NCBI GenBank assembly: GCA_026025795.1
Contig: JAPEUG010000041.1
Coordinates: forward strand, 1-64,000
DNA: 64,000 nucleotides
Reading direction: 5' to 3'
Source of the DNA: Thelocarpon superellum
Taxonomy: Eukaryota
Below the pieces are notes generated by a model. That model did not search any database and was not told where the DNA came from. It worked only from the letters and a program-made list of their open reading frames with translations. Within the stretch, counting starts at the first letter, position 1. Every line of letters starts with the position of its first letter. A program made the position numbers and the translations under genes. This document shows positions 11,805 to 24,924 of this stretch, one piece after another.

Positions 11805-14800
11805 ATGGACGCCAACGGGAAGACGGTCGACGTAATGTCGTCGTTGAACGGCGCCAGCACCAACGACATCTCACGGGCTACATCGCCCGGCACAGACTGG
11901 CGCCAGGCAGATAGTTCCACCGACCCGGACGCACGCGATCTTCCACGCATCCGGCCCAGGACCTTCCCCTACCTTCGCTATCTCCCATATGCGGTCGAGG
12001 GGGAGGCGGAGCGGCAGGGGAACCTCACCGAGATCCTCAAACACCTCTATGTCGCGGTCGAGGCTGGCGACTTCTCGCCAGGCGCCGTTCATTGGACGCG
12101 AGAACTACGGAGCTGGCTGGGCTTGAAGTTTGATCCACCGCGAGCCACGCGGGTCAGACTGGTGAAGCTCTATTACGAGCTTGCGCTAGCCCCGGGCATC
12201 GATCCGGCCGCGGCCGAGCGGTTTGCAAGCATGTTCATGATCTTGACCAAGTGAGTATCGGAGCGCGCTTGCCGTCTTCGCGGAGAGCAGGGCGGCTCAT
12301 GATTCGCAGGAAGAAGCACTACCTCCGTCCGGGCAAAGACCTCCTCCTCGACTGGCGACCCCTCTACAAGGAGCTCAAGTTTCTGGTCCTCCCGCAGGAG
12401 TCGGGCATGGTCCATACGACCAACGTCAAGCGGAACATTCGCACCCTGACAAAGCTCGCCGCCTTTGCCCAGCTCTACTTTGACCCGCGAGAGATCCCCG
12501 CCATCTTTCAAGAGCTGCTTCCTTACTACAGTACTTCCTTCGCCGAGTGCGCCTTCGTCGTCGTTGGTCTCATCAACCTGCTGATGCCCACCGCACCGGC
12601 CCCAACCGACGAACCGAAGGTGCAGCCGCAGTACTACTTGCCCACATTTTTCCACCTGTGGGCCCTGATGAATCGATCCAAGGCCTTTGATGTGCACTTC
12701 CTGGACCTACTCTCGCGCTTGGCGCGCGATGCCCTGACGGCCAAGCACATCCCCTTCTCCGCCACGGGGATCTTCACCGAGGATCAGTCGGCGTTGATCT
12801 TCACCGCCGTTCTACGCCTGCTCGAGATTCCCGTTGGCCAAGCCACCTCGCCCTACAGCACCACCGTCGACGTCTCGGCTGGCTTGGCCCTGCTCCTCGA
12901 TCGCGATCAGCGGAAGCATCCGGTCGCCCACCACATCGCCCGATGGATCATCATGTCGCTGTCGCCGGCTAGCCTCGACCAATCGCCGTCCATCATGTCG
13001 AGCCTGGAGGGCCTCATCCAGGCCGTGGAAACCTTCTTCCATCCCTCCAACTCCGGCACGTGGACCAAGACGCTGTCGCAGCTGGTCTACTATCTGTCCG
13101 ACTTCTTCGTCATGCGCTGGAATCGGGAGCACAGCGGCGAGATGGAGGTGCCGGAGGAACGGCGCTTGAACGATGCGGTGAAGCGCCGCTTCGTCTTGTG
13201 TCTCCGTGACGTCGTCTTCATGGGCATCTACGCCAAGAGTGGCACGGCCATGAACTTCTCCCTCTCGACTCTGCAGAGCTTGGCCTTCCTCGAGCCCGAG
13301 CTCATCCTGCCGGGTGCCCTCCAGCGGATCTACCCATCCATCCAAGGCTTGGTCGAAGTGCATCGGACGACGTCGTCGTTGCGCTCGCTGCAGGTGCTGG
13401 CGCGCAGCATGGTCCGCACGTACGGCTTCCGCTGCCACGTTACGACCATGCTGGGCTTAGCCCTACCCGGCATCGACGCAAACGACCTCGATAAAACGTT
13501 GCATACCCTCTCTTTCATCCAGGCCGTCTGCTACAACGTCCCACTCTACGACCTGACCCAGGGCCGCGACGATGTGCAGGGGAGTTTGGCCGCCGTTCAG
13601 TGGGTTACGGGCGAGGTCGAGCGGATGGAACGCGAAGGCGCCAATGTGCAGCTTGATTATCGTACCACCCTAGATGCCGCCGACGAGGCCATGATCCTAC
13701 GCTCCTCGACCGCCTCGCTCGGCGAGTTTCTCCTCTCACTCCTGGGCCGTGTCTTCACGCTTCTTGAGAATCTACCAGACGCCTCGCGCGTACGCAGCGG
13801 CTCGCCCGAGGAGAACGTAGTCAATACCTTGCCCGCCACCTTCACGCCGCTGTTTGCCGCCTTGTCCCCGGAGCTGTTTGACCTGGCGCTCGGCAAGATC
13901 GCCGACTTTGTCGCCGAGCACGTCATCCACCAGGCGCGGGATGCGATGGCCTTCATTTGCAACGCGCTGTGCAAGATCAACCCGAGGAAGGCCCTGAAGC
14001 GATTCGTGCCGCTGCTCGTGCAAGCCATTCGGACCGAGATCGACGAGAATGGTGCGGCGTCCTCCCGCACGACCGGCGCAGACGTGCTTCCGCGCGATCG
14101 CGCGCTCGTATGGAACATCAGCATGCTGAGCATGTGTGTCGTTCACGTGGGTGACGCCGTGCTCGACCACCAGCAAACCTTGTTCGACATCGCGACATAC
14201 ATGCAACAGCGATGTAAGGGTATACCGACCGTCCATGTTTCTAACTTCATTCACCATTTGCTCTTGAACCTGACCGTCACTTACACGGCCGACTATTCGC
14301 TGTACGAGCCCGACGTGCTCGCGCGGGGAGTCCAGATCGAGGACTGGGGCCGGTCGCCTAAGCCCACGGAGCTGCATATCCGATGGCATGTGCCGCAGCG
14401 GGCGGAGATTGATTTCGCCGTCCACCTGTTTCAATCACAGGCCGAGCGCGCCGTGGCGCAGCTTCATTCCCTGACCAGTCCGACTTCGTCCGTCAAGCGC
14501 GATGGGACGGGGAAGGATTGGTCAGACGACGTGGTGCGAAATTTGGTGCTGCTGCGGTTGATCCTCTCCGGTGTGTCCGTCCTCTTCGACCCCACATCAA
14601 CCTCCCTCGACGAGGCCGAGAAGCCCACGGCGAAAGGAGACGTCGAGATGTCTGGACTGAATGGACACGTGGACCAGACGACGCCCGACCAAGACGGGGG
14701 CGCCGTCCTAAGCGACATGGACGACGAGGAAGTCAAGCCCACCTTTCCATACTCCGCCGGCTACCCGCTCAACGCAGGCGATCCACTCCAGGCGACGGTG

Positions 14801-17800
14801 CAGCACCTCCGCGTCAAGATTGGCGAGCTCCTGCACCACGTCCACGACTTCTTGACGGAGAAGCAGGAAGATGACGTGTCGTGTTTTACGGCGCTGTACA
14901 CCGTCTACCGGTCGTGGTTCGTTGACGTAGGCATCGAGCGATCGGCGCAGGTTCTGGATCGTGTCACGCGTCTCCTGGCCGCCGACATTCATCCCTACGC
15001 CGTGAGCGGCTTACGCAAAGAGTACCCGCGTCCCTTGCTCCTCCGACGGGCGAACGTGTACCATCTCCAACGACTTCGACACAACGCGGCCCCGCGGAAG
15101 AAGTCCGACCTCGACGAGAAGTTGCTTCTCGATCTGGTCGAGTCGAGCGTGTCGTGGTACACGGAGATTCGTCGCAACGCGCAGAGCGCCGGAGAGTCGG
15201 CCATTAAGGTTGTCATCGGCGCGCGCCCGCTCGTCATCCCGCCGCTCCTCCGGGCGCTCCAGGAGGCGATCGCGAGCAACGACTTTCCCCGCATCAAGGG
15301 AGCCATGTTCTCGCTGCTCTTCGGCAGCTTGGTCAAGACACTTGGTCGCGATTGGCGCTTTACCCCCTCGCTCATCCGATCCTTCATCGACGCGAGCACG
15401 GTGGATAAGCCGTCGATCCAGAAGCTGGCGACAGGAGCGACGTACCAGGTGATGGACTTTGGCCGACCACAGGAGACCCTGGTGCTCTTGGATGAGGAGA
15501 TCGTCCAGGCGCTGGCGCCGGCGGAACCGGTCGCGGAACGAATCGCCAAGAAACGCGAGCAGGTACTGAAGAAGCGCCGCAACGTGGAGGCCAAGAAGGC
15601 GGAGCTAGCGTCGGAGCTCGTTGACCTGGCTCGCGCGTCGCACTGGAAGAAGGCCAGTCGCACGGCAGCCATGGTGATTAACCTCGGGATGCGCTTCGAC
15701 ACAATCGCGTCAGACAAGATGATCGATCTCATCACGCACGGCACCATTGATTCGCATCCCGGCTTGCGCGGGCTCTACTCCGGCGCGCTCGTGGCGCTTT
15801 TCTCGCTGGTAGAGCTGCGGGCATACTGCAAGCATAGCTACGAGAACTACCTGCTCGACAAGCAAGATCTCCCCACCAAAGTCCAGGTGCCAACCCAGCG
15901 CGACGACCCGACGTGGACGCAGCAGTACATGGAGGCCTTCTCCCGTCCCGATGCCGAGTACTACGTCGATCATGATTATCCCGGCTGGCTCCTCTGGGAC
16001 AAGGCCATGCCAGCGTACACGGCCAATCCGACGAATGTGGTCCGATATGACGAGCTCGAGCAGCGGGTCCGGAGGCAGATGGGAACCCTGCTGACCAAAG
16101 AATGGTTTGCCACCTTCTTCGCCTACCTCAAGCAAGAACCTCGCGATTCCAGCGCCGATCGGTTCCGGATGGCAAGCGTGATGATGCTGGTCTTTGCCTT
16201 CGGCTTGGTCCTGGCCGAGATCACGAGCGCCACGCTGGATGACATCAAGGACGAGGTGGGGCGCATCTACGATGACGGGTCGGACAAACACCAACACCGC
16301 GCCACGGCGGAGATCCTCGGCGCGCTGGTGACGGCCGTGATCGACGAACCCGTGGCGATTCGAAACACGGTGTGGGAGTATGCCTTTCCCATCGTGCGGG
16401 GCGTCTTTGAGGACGGGCTGACGCCGGAGAACTCGACGTACTGGACCACCTTCCTCCACCTGGTTCTCTCTGGGAAGGACCCGCGCCGTTCGTGGCCGAT
16501 CATCGACTGGCTGGCAAACTTCCGACTAGACATGTCATCCAACGCGGCGTTCAAAGAGAGCTCCAAGATCCAGCTCCTCCAACAATGCATCGTCGACGCT
16601 GGATGGCATTTCCAGCTGGAGAAGCCGATTCTAGACGACTTCCTCACCCATCTCGACCATCCCTACAAAGGAGTGCGCGAGGCGATGGGCCAAACACTCG
16701 GGACCATCTACCGCACCCGGTATCACGAGTCCTACCGAGATCTTGACGCGCTGTTTGCCGCGCAGAACCAAGCGTCATCGATCGGCCGTCGGCCCTACGA
16801 AGCGTCGGCGGAGTTTACGGCGACGATACATGAGGTCTTTGCACGACTGGCACGATGGCGGCAGGAGCGCACGCCGGGGCAGCAGACGCCCTCGTCATAC
16901 ACCTCGGGCAGTAAGACGGTGCTCTTGTGGCTCGATGCGACACTGATGTCCCACGAGTGTACGCAACTGCTCACCTTCTTTCCCGACGTCTTCATGGAGG
17001 AGCTCCTTCACATGATGGACGTAAAGGAGGACCCGGAGCTACAGTCGCTCGCCTACCACGTTTTCCGTCACCTCCCCAATGTGCCTCACCCCGCTGGCGA
17101 GGACCAAGCCTTCATCGCCGCGTTGGTACGGATTGGCAAGACGTCGCCGCTGTGGCATCAGCGTCTGCGAGTGTTGATCAACATGCAAGTCGTCTACTTC
17201 CGACGCCTGTTCCTCATCTCGCGTGCCGAGCAAGAAGCACTCTTCGAATGTGTGTCGAGCATGCTGAAAGACAGTCAGCTGGAAGTGCGACTCGGTGCGT
17301 CGACGACGCTGTCGGGACTCATTCGCTGCTCGCCGGTGGAGCTCCGCACCGCCGTGGTGTACGAGCTGAGGAAGCAATTCTCGAAGATGCTTCGTGACAC
17401 GCCGATGCCGCGTCGCGCCGGCGGCGGCACTCCTACGCCCGAACACACCAACATCGTGCATACCCGACACGCCGCGGTTCTCGGCCTGGGCGCGTTGGTC
17501 CAAGCCTTCCCGTACATGTCCCCGCCGCCAATCTGGCTGCCGGAGATCCTGGCCACCCTGGCCGTCAAGGCCGCTGGTGACCCTGGTATCGTGGGCAAGA
17601 GCGTCAAGACGATCCTGAGTGACTTCAAGAAGACCCGACAGGACACGTGGCATGTGGATGTGAAGGTGCGATCCGTCGATTCCTTTAACTGCCGATCGTA
17701 CCCTGGTGCGTGATGGGAGAGGACTGACCTAACGTGAAACCATCAGGTCTTCACCCCGGAACAACTCGAGGATTTGGAGGGTGTCCTGTGGAAATCCTAC

Positions 17801-17809
17801 TTTGCGTAG
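11805..17809 (+). CDS. BLM10: Proteasome activator Blm10/PA200 (PSME4); exons 11805-12250, 12310-17665, 17747-17809
   Basis: ~1950 aa HEAT-like protein with ETFFHPSNSGTWT, GIDANDLDKT, RHAAVLGLGALVQAFPY and FKKTRQDTW. The spliced C-terminus VFTPEQLEDLEGVLWKSYFA ends in the aromatic proteasome-docking tail (yeast YYA). Confidence 0.95.
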
Positions 17810-19205
17810 CGCGCGTAGACGAAGTCGTCAAGGGTACTCATATTGCGTGTATCCCTGTATCCGTATGTCACTGCCGAGTTACGGGCGCTGGCTGGACGGA
17901 CGAAATTGATCCGGGGCAGGGGAGTCGAGGGGGGTAGAACGAAGTTCAGGGCACAGCGAGGATCATGCGAGAAAGGAGGTCTACGAAGGGAAGAAATAGA
18001 ATAGAGTCTCTTGCAGAGGCGTACCGTCTAAGAGAAGGAATGGAAAGAGAGCTTGCAAAGTGCACAGGCCGAGGAAGATCTTGACGAGCATTCAACCGCT
18101 CAGGTAAGTGTCACCTCATCCGAGGTAGCGAGGGCGTATGTAGCGGAACCTCCCGCACGTGTACGATCTTGGTATCCGTCTCTCGTTCCCTATACTTCGG
18201 GACACGCTGTAAGCCGGGAAAATGCCGTAGTGCGATGCGGTCCTAGCCCTCGGCCATGCAGGGAGAACGAAGAACTGCTCAGCTGAAAACGTACATTGAC
18301 CCTGAAACTCCTCCTCATCCTGCTCTCTTTAGCAAGAGTCTGGACAAGAACATTCACAGGAGCATGTACCTTGGGATTCCTGCTTTCGCCCTGCAAGGTT
18401 GGCAACAAGCAAGGTTCCCCAGCATTCCCGTCCAGCCCCCCTCCCCTTACCTGTCAGTGTTCGTGGCAAACCATTCGCCACGGCCTCTGCAGGTTCCATC
18501 CCATGTTCAACTATGACCATTCGCATAGCCATCGGCCTCCTCATCGAAGGATGATTGGACGGAGATCCTATCTCAGTTATCAACCTGTCGTAGTGTCTTC
18601 ATCTCCCTTCGGATCTCGTTCCGGACCTTGCAGGCCGCACCACCCCGGTCAGACACGCTGTCATCTATCACGCGGCCAGTCCTGTCAAGGACCTGTCTTA
18701 CATCTCCACGTTCCTTTGGCCATGGCGTGATTGAATGCAAAGGGAACGATGTGAGGTCTCGGGCGACGCGGATGAAGTTACAGCGGCAGGCCGCTCACTT
18801 AGACCCGAGCAAAGGATCTCTCCATGGCCCATTCCAGGTTCAAATTGGCGTTATCCACGAGTCTATTGTCACGCCATTGGGACCCCTTCTTGCTACGTTC
18901 CTCATCAGCCCAACGGTTGACCCTTGCAGTCCTCACCTAACCGCAGGTCAAAGAGATCGACAGCTCCTTGATGACGGCAAGAAGCTTGGTCACGATACTG
19001 GCCTATGTGTCATCCCAAAGGCAATTATGATGGCTCTCTCGCCCCCACCGCCCTGCTCAGGGATAATGGGCTTGATGCACCATGACGAACTCGCATTCCA
19101 CCGCACCAACATACCCATAGGATCAGGGGATCAGGGGATGGGCGTGCCGTGCAGGTATTCGCGCGAAACGCGGTCGTGGATGCCTGTGATGGGTGTGCTG
19201 GAAAG

Positions 19206-19213
19206 ATATATAA
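19206..19213 (+). promoter_or_regulatory. Putative TATA box of the repeat-protein gene
   Basis: TATATAAG about 120 nt upstream of the ATG at 19332, in otherwise GC-rich DNA. Confidence 0.5.
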
Positions 19214-19331
19214 GTCCTCTTGATCTACTGTCCCATCTCAGCCTCCATCCGCCAGCCAGGCGCCCATCTCCACCGCTCATCAGCACCGAGTCTCACCACG
19301 CCCAAGGCACGTCTAACTGCAACCGTCCACC

Positions 19332-21462
19332 ATGAAGCCCTCCGTCATCCTGTCGATCCTCGCCGTCCAGGGTACTATCGCCGCACCGGCTTCCGACACA
19401 AAACGACAGGGGGAGCTCGTCGAACGGCAGCTGTCGAGCCTCCCGGGGACCGGATCTACCGGATCCCTCGGAGGTCTTGGTGATCTTGGTGACCTTGGCG
19501 ACCTCGGCTCACTCCTCTCTGCAGGGCAAGCCCTCGCCACCGCCGTGGCCCCCATCGAATCCATTCTGACAAGCTTGCTCGGCTTCCTGAAGGCGCTCAA
19601 TGGCATAGGTTCCCTTGGGGGTGCAAGCGGTGGTGGTGGCACCGGTGCCAGTGGTGGCCTACCATCTCTCGGCTTGCCATCCGTCGGCCTCCCATCCCTT
19701 GGCCTCCCATCCCTCGGCCTCCCATCCATTGGTCTCCCATCCCTTGGGCTGCCGTCGCTTGGTCTCCCGACTGATCTCCCAGGTCTCCCGACGGGTCTCC
19801 CTACAGGTCTCCCTGGTCTTCCGTCAGATCTCCCCAGCATCCCGCTCAGCATCCCGGGGCTACCAACTCTCCCCGGCTTACCCTCGGGTCTCCCAACGGG
19901 TTTGCCTAGCCTCCCCCTGAGCCTTCCTGGGCTTCCAAGTGGCCTTCCTACGGGTCTCCCCACCGGCTTACCAAGCCTCCCATTGAGTTTGCCCGGCCTT
20001 CCCACCGGCCTTCCCACCGGCCTTCCCACGGGTCTGCCGAGCTTGCCAATCAGCGTCCCGGGCCTTCCGACCGACCTCCCGACGGGGCTCCCAAGCCTTC
20101 CTCTCAGCCTGCCAGGCCTCCCGACAGATCTTCCGACAGGCCTCCCGACGGGCCTCCCGAGCCTTCCTCTCAGCCTGCCAGGCCTACCGACCGATCTCCC
20201 CAGCGGCCTCCCAAGCGGACTCCCTAGTCTGCCTTTAAGCCTGCCAGGCCTCCCGACCGACCTCCCGACAGGCCTCCCGACGGGGCTCCCGAGCCTTCCT
20301 TTCAGCCTGCCAGGCCTACCGACCGATCTCCCCAGCGGCCTTCCGAGCGGAGTTCCTAGTCTGCCTCTCAGCCTGCCAGGCCTTCCGACCGACCTTCCGA
20401 CCGACCTCCCGACAGGCCTCCCGACTGATCTTCCGACAGGCCTCCCGACGGGGCTCCCGAGCCTTCCTCTCAGCCTGCCCGGCCTACCGACCGATCTCCC
20501 TAGCGGCCTTCCGAGCGGAGTTCCTAGTCTGCCTCTCAGCCTGCCAGGCCTCCCAACCGGTCTTCCGATTAGCTTTCCCGGGGGCGTTCCTTCGGGCGTC
20601 CCAGTCAGCGACCCTGGACTACCCTTTAGCCTTCCGGGTCTGCCAACAGGCCTCCCCAGTCTCCCACTCAGTGTACCCGGTCTTCCGACCGACTTGCCAT
20701 CTGGAATTCCGAGCCTGCCTGTGAGCCTGCCGGGTCTCCCCACGGACCTTCCGTCAGGCCTTCCTACTGGCCTCCCCACGGGTCTCCCGAGTCTACCTCT
20801 CAGCTTGCCGGGTCTTCCAACCGATCTCCCCACAGGCCTCCCCACGGGTCTCCCGAGTCTACCCCTCAGCCTTCCCAGTCTTCCAACCGACCTTCCCACG
20901 GGCATTCCAAGTCTACCGCTCAGTCTGCCAGGTCTCCCAACGGGTCTTCCAACCGGTATCCCCAGCCTGCCCGTCAGCCTGCCAGGCCTCCCAACTGGTC
21001 TTCCAGTTAGCCTTCCAGGCGGGGTCCCCTCCGGTCTCCCGGTCAGCGCCCCTGGACTACCGGTCAGCGTCCCCGGACTACCGGGATTGCCACCTGTCAG
21101 CGTCCCTGGCATCGCTCTTCCAACCGGTATTCCTGCACTGCCGTCCATTCCTTTGGAGAATGCTCTCGGTAAGATTGTCTCTACCTGACCTTTACCTGCC
21201 TGCTTTTTCCTATTGACTTTCTGATACGTTTGGGTCCTTCACAGGTGGTATCTCCGACGTTGGACCCCTCATTTCCGCCATCGGCGCGGTCACGAATCTA
21301 CAAGTCCCCGAGGTCACCGACGTTATCGAAACCTTCTTGGCTCGTAGCGCTCTCGCGGATTACGAAGCTACACTCACGTCTCTTGCATCCGACTTCACCC
21401 TGCCCTTGGGAACGGTCAACTTCATCGTTACCGCGTTCTTGTCCGGTGGTTCGTCATTGTGA
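19332..21462 (+). CDS. Secreted Leu/Pro/Gly/Thr/Ser tandem-repeat protein (~680 aa); exons 19332-21168, 21245-21462
   Basis: Signal-peptide-like MKPSVILSILAVQGTIAAP, KR dibasic site and about 20 SLPLSLPG-LPT(G/D) units. Intron GTAAGA..TTGAC/CTGAT..ACAG joins an in-frame exon GGISDVGPLISAIGAV...NFIVTAFLSGGSSL*. Confidence 0.8.
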
Positions 21463-22159
21463 GGTAAGTTGCAGTTGGCGGCAGGAATTTACGAGGAGAG
21501 GTTACCCTATGAATAGCTAGTGGAACAGACTGTCACTCGAGTGGACGATGATTTCGAGATGTGAACTCTTCTCAGCCTTCCTGCACCCTTACGTGCACAC
21601 CTCCAAGCTCTCTCTTCCTTCATGATCGGGCTTTCGAATCCCTATTACCCAAGCGCAACTTTTGGCTCTAAACCCAAACTTTGAACCGTCGTCTTCGATC
21701 AATAATTTGGCGGAGAAAATGTGTGAAGGTACCGAGAGGAGCAATTATTGTTCTCACTGGATAGACAACCTTGCGCCTCGTTCTGAACAAATAACACACT
21801 GCGCATATGCCACACGAAGTAAATTTCGTTCCAGCCCCATCGGCTGCTCTCGGGTCACAACCCTATGGCTGTAATTCGGGCCCTTGGAAGTATGCGAAGG
21901 ACAGGTGCGGGCAACTTCGTAATGAACTGGAGGAGACTATCATCAACGTTGTTAGAATGTATTCTTCTAATGTCTAGTGAAGAGAATTCCATCATGCAAA
22001 CGAGCCCTAGACTGAAGAAAACGAGATGTAGCTCAAGGGGTACTTGGACGAGAATGTGTCGTGGCCGACAGCTTCGCCACGCGGGAGTCACCGGAGCTTC
22101 TCTTGGCTGACCCTTCCAAGACCGGCTCTTTTCATCCAACATTCCACCATCGAGATGAC

Positions 22160-23549
22160 ATGCCGCCCGCCACATGCACTCGATGCGAAGGCGCTCGTGC
22201 CTTGATAGTGCGCCCCAAAAACCATCAAAAGTTATGCAAGGCGTGCTTCCTGCATGTGTTTGAGGCAGAGATCCATCACACCGTCTCCGTCAATCGTCTC
22301 TTCCAGCGCGGAGAGCGAATCGCCATTGGTGCGTCCGGGGGCAAAGACAGCACCGTCTTGGCTTCGGTACTGAAGACGCTGAATGAGCGCCACGACTACG
22401 GGCTCGAGCTCGTGCTGTTGAGCATCGATGAGGGCATCAAGGGTTATCGAGATGATAGCTTGGAGACGGTAAAGCGAAATGCCGTACAGTACGAGATGCC
22501 GCTCGAGATCGTCGGCTACGACGAGCTCTACGGCTGGACGATGGACCAGGTGGTCGAGCAAGTTGGGAAGAAGGGGAACTGTACCTACTGCGGCGTCTTC
22601 CGACGGCAGGCGCTGGACCGAGGGGCGGCCAAGCTGGGTATCACCCATGTCGTCACTGGCCACAACGCCGACGACGTGGCAGAGACCGTCATGATGAACC
22701 GTATGTATACGTGCGCGAGGCCGCTTACTTCTGCCTCTGACGCTGATGCGGACAGTGCTACGAGGAGATCTACCGCGACTGGCGCGGTCCACGAGTATCG
22801 TCACCGAGTCGACCGGGTCTCCCATCAAGAGGTCCAAGCCACTCAAGTATGCTTATGAAAAGGAGATCGTCTTATACGCGCATCACAAGAAACTGGATTA
22901 CTTCTCCACGGAGTGCATCTACTCCCCCGAAGCTTTCCGGGGCTCCGCTCGGGCGCTGATTAAGAATTTGGAACGCGTGAGGCCGAGCGCAATTCTCGAT
23001 GTGGTGAGAAGTGGGGAGGACATGGCAAAGCTCGTGCCAGAAGAGGTGACCAATAGCGCCAAGGCAGGCGCGGATGGGCCCGTTCCGGTTGACGACGAAG
23101 CAGAGGCCGTCGGTGCCTGTGGCAGCGCCAATGGAAGGTCCAGTGGAGGAGACATGGCACGAATGGAGGAGAAGCTCCAGGCAGACGAGGAGGCCGTGGC
23201 GCGGGAGACTGAAGTTATCCCAGAAGCTCTCACGGAATCGAGGGGACACCAGATCCCTGCGCGGGTCATCGTTACTTCGATTCCAGCTGACATCAAGAGT
23301 ACCACACTATCCTCCCGCTCCGTCGCGCCACGCAAGCTGCGGACGCAACGGCTCGGACGGTGTGCTCGATGTGGCTATCTGTCGAGTCAAGAGATCTGCA
23401 AGGCCTGCATCTTGCTAGAACAGCTCAATCGGAATCGGCCGAAGACAAAGATTCAGCTCGGGGTGGAGGAGAATCAGCTCGAGGTGGAGGAGAATCAGGG
23501 CAAGAGCTTGGATCGGGACATATGGACCACGAAGATAGCTCCGGATTGA
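22160..23549 (+). CDS. NCS6: Cytoplasmic tRNA 2-thiolation protein 1 (Ncs6/Ctu1); exons 22160-22700, 22756-23549
   Basis: CxxC zinc motifs, PP-loop [40 protein letters not shown] and C-terminal [16 protein letters not shown]. Confidence 0.95.
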
Positions 23550-23845
23550 ATCTCGAGTCACCTCTCCTGCCCAATCCAGGTGGATTGTAAACGTGAATGC
23601 TGTAAATAATAGTGTTAGACCTGTCGTGATATCGAGAGGGTTGACAAGAGACATGGATTCGGGGCGGGGAATATGGAAATGGAGGAATATGGAATATGCC
23701 GGAACTGACTCGTGATTAGGGTTGACCCTATCGGGCCCAACTCGGTTAAATTATCTTCACCTCAACTCCCCTCGCTCCCACGGTCAATTCTTGCAACACC
23801 GTGGAAGTGGAAGTGGAAGTGGGCTTTGACACTTCAGTCCTCGAC

Positions 23846-24924
23846 ATGGTAAGCATATCCGATCAATTCCATCGTCGCCATTGGCTCTATGAGTCAAGGT
23901 GCGACGATGATGTGGATGATGGCTTGAGCCACGGGCACTCGTCCGTGGCTCTCTAGAGTTCAAAGAAGCCTTCATCGTGCTGAACTTGGTTCGCTGATGC
24001 TCTTCTTTTCTCAATGATAGCCTCCCAAGCAAGGCAAGAAAGCCGCCCCGGCGCCCTTCCCCCAGGGGAAGGCGGGGCCGCAAAAGAAATCGGCCAAGGT
24101 AAGGATGCCCCTCGACTCTTCTCACGTACAGGCCAGCGCTGACAGGGACAACGATCCGCAGAACCCCTTGATCGAGAAGCGCACGCGGAATTTCGGCATC
24201 GGCCAGGACATTCAACCTCGACGGAACCTCTCGCGCATGGTCAAGTGGCCCGAATATGTGCGTCTACAGCGGCAGCGAAAGATCCTCAACCTTCGACTCA
24301 AAGTGCCGCCGGCCATTGCTCAATTCCAAAACGTCCTGGATCGAAATCTCGCCACCCAGACCTTCAAGCTCCTGAACAAATATCGCCCCGAGACCAAGGC
24401 GGAGAAGAAGGAGCGGCTCCACAAGGAAGCCACGGCCGTGGCGGAGGGCAAGAAGAAGGAGGACGTGAGCAAGAAACCGTACGCGGCCAAGTACGGATTG
24501 AACCATGTCGTGGGCTTGGTCGAGAACAAGAAGGCGACGTTGGTCCTGATCCCCAACGATGTCGATCCCATCGAGCTCGTCGTCTTCTTGCCCGCGCTGT
24601 GCCGGAAGATGGGCGTCCCGTACGCCATCATCAAGGGCAAGGCCCGCTTAGGGACAGTGGTGCACAAGAAGGTAGGCTCGCTCGCCCACCATGGCACGCA
24701 CCGGATACTGATGAATGGTGCAGACGGCGGCCGTGCTCGCCTTGACCGAGGTCCGATCGGAAGATAAGTCGGAGCTCAGTAAACTGGTCTCGGCCATCAA
24801 GGACGGGTACACGGATAAGTACGAGGAGAGCAAGCGCCACTGGGGCGGCGGCATCATGGGGGCCAAGGCCAACGCGCGGCAAGAGAAGAAGCGCAAGGCA
24901 TTGGACGCGGCCATCAAGATCTAA
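23846..24924 (+). CDS. RPL8: 60S ribosomal protein eL8 (L7a/L8); exons 23846-23848 (ATG only), 24021-24098, 24162-24671, 24724-24924
   Basis: [76 protein letters not shown]; canonical introns. Confidence 0.96.
23870..23990 (+). other. Structured intronic RNA element in RPL8 intron 1 (two long hairpins)
   Basis: Stems CATCGTCGC/GCGACGATG, TTGGCTC/GAGTCAA, GATGATGGCTT/AAGCCTTCATC and GAGCCACGG/CCGTGGCTC are visible in the sequence. Confidence 0.6.

Noticed and set aside
18628..19335. 235-aa ORF upstream of the repeat gene
   Set aside because: Non-ATG start, no recognisable features, and it overlaps the TATA/promoter region.
19760..21140. LPTG as a sortase LPxTG motif or collagen repeat
   Set aside because: Spacing is LPTG rather than LPxTG, there is no Gly-X-Y periodicity, and fungi are not known to use sortases.
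19313..21148. 611-aa antisense ORF rich in GRP repeats
   Set aside because: Mirror of the LPTG repeats; the plus strand carries the signal peptide, TATA box and intron.
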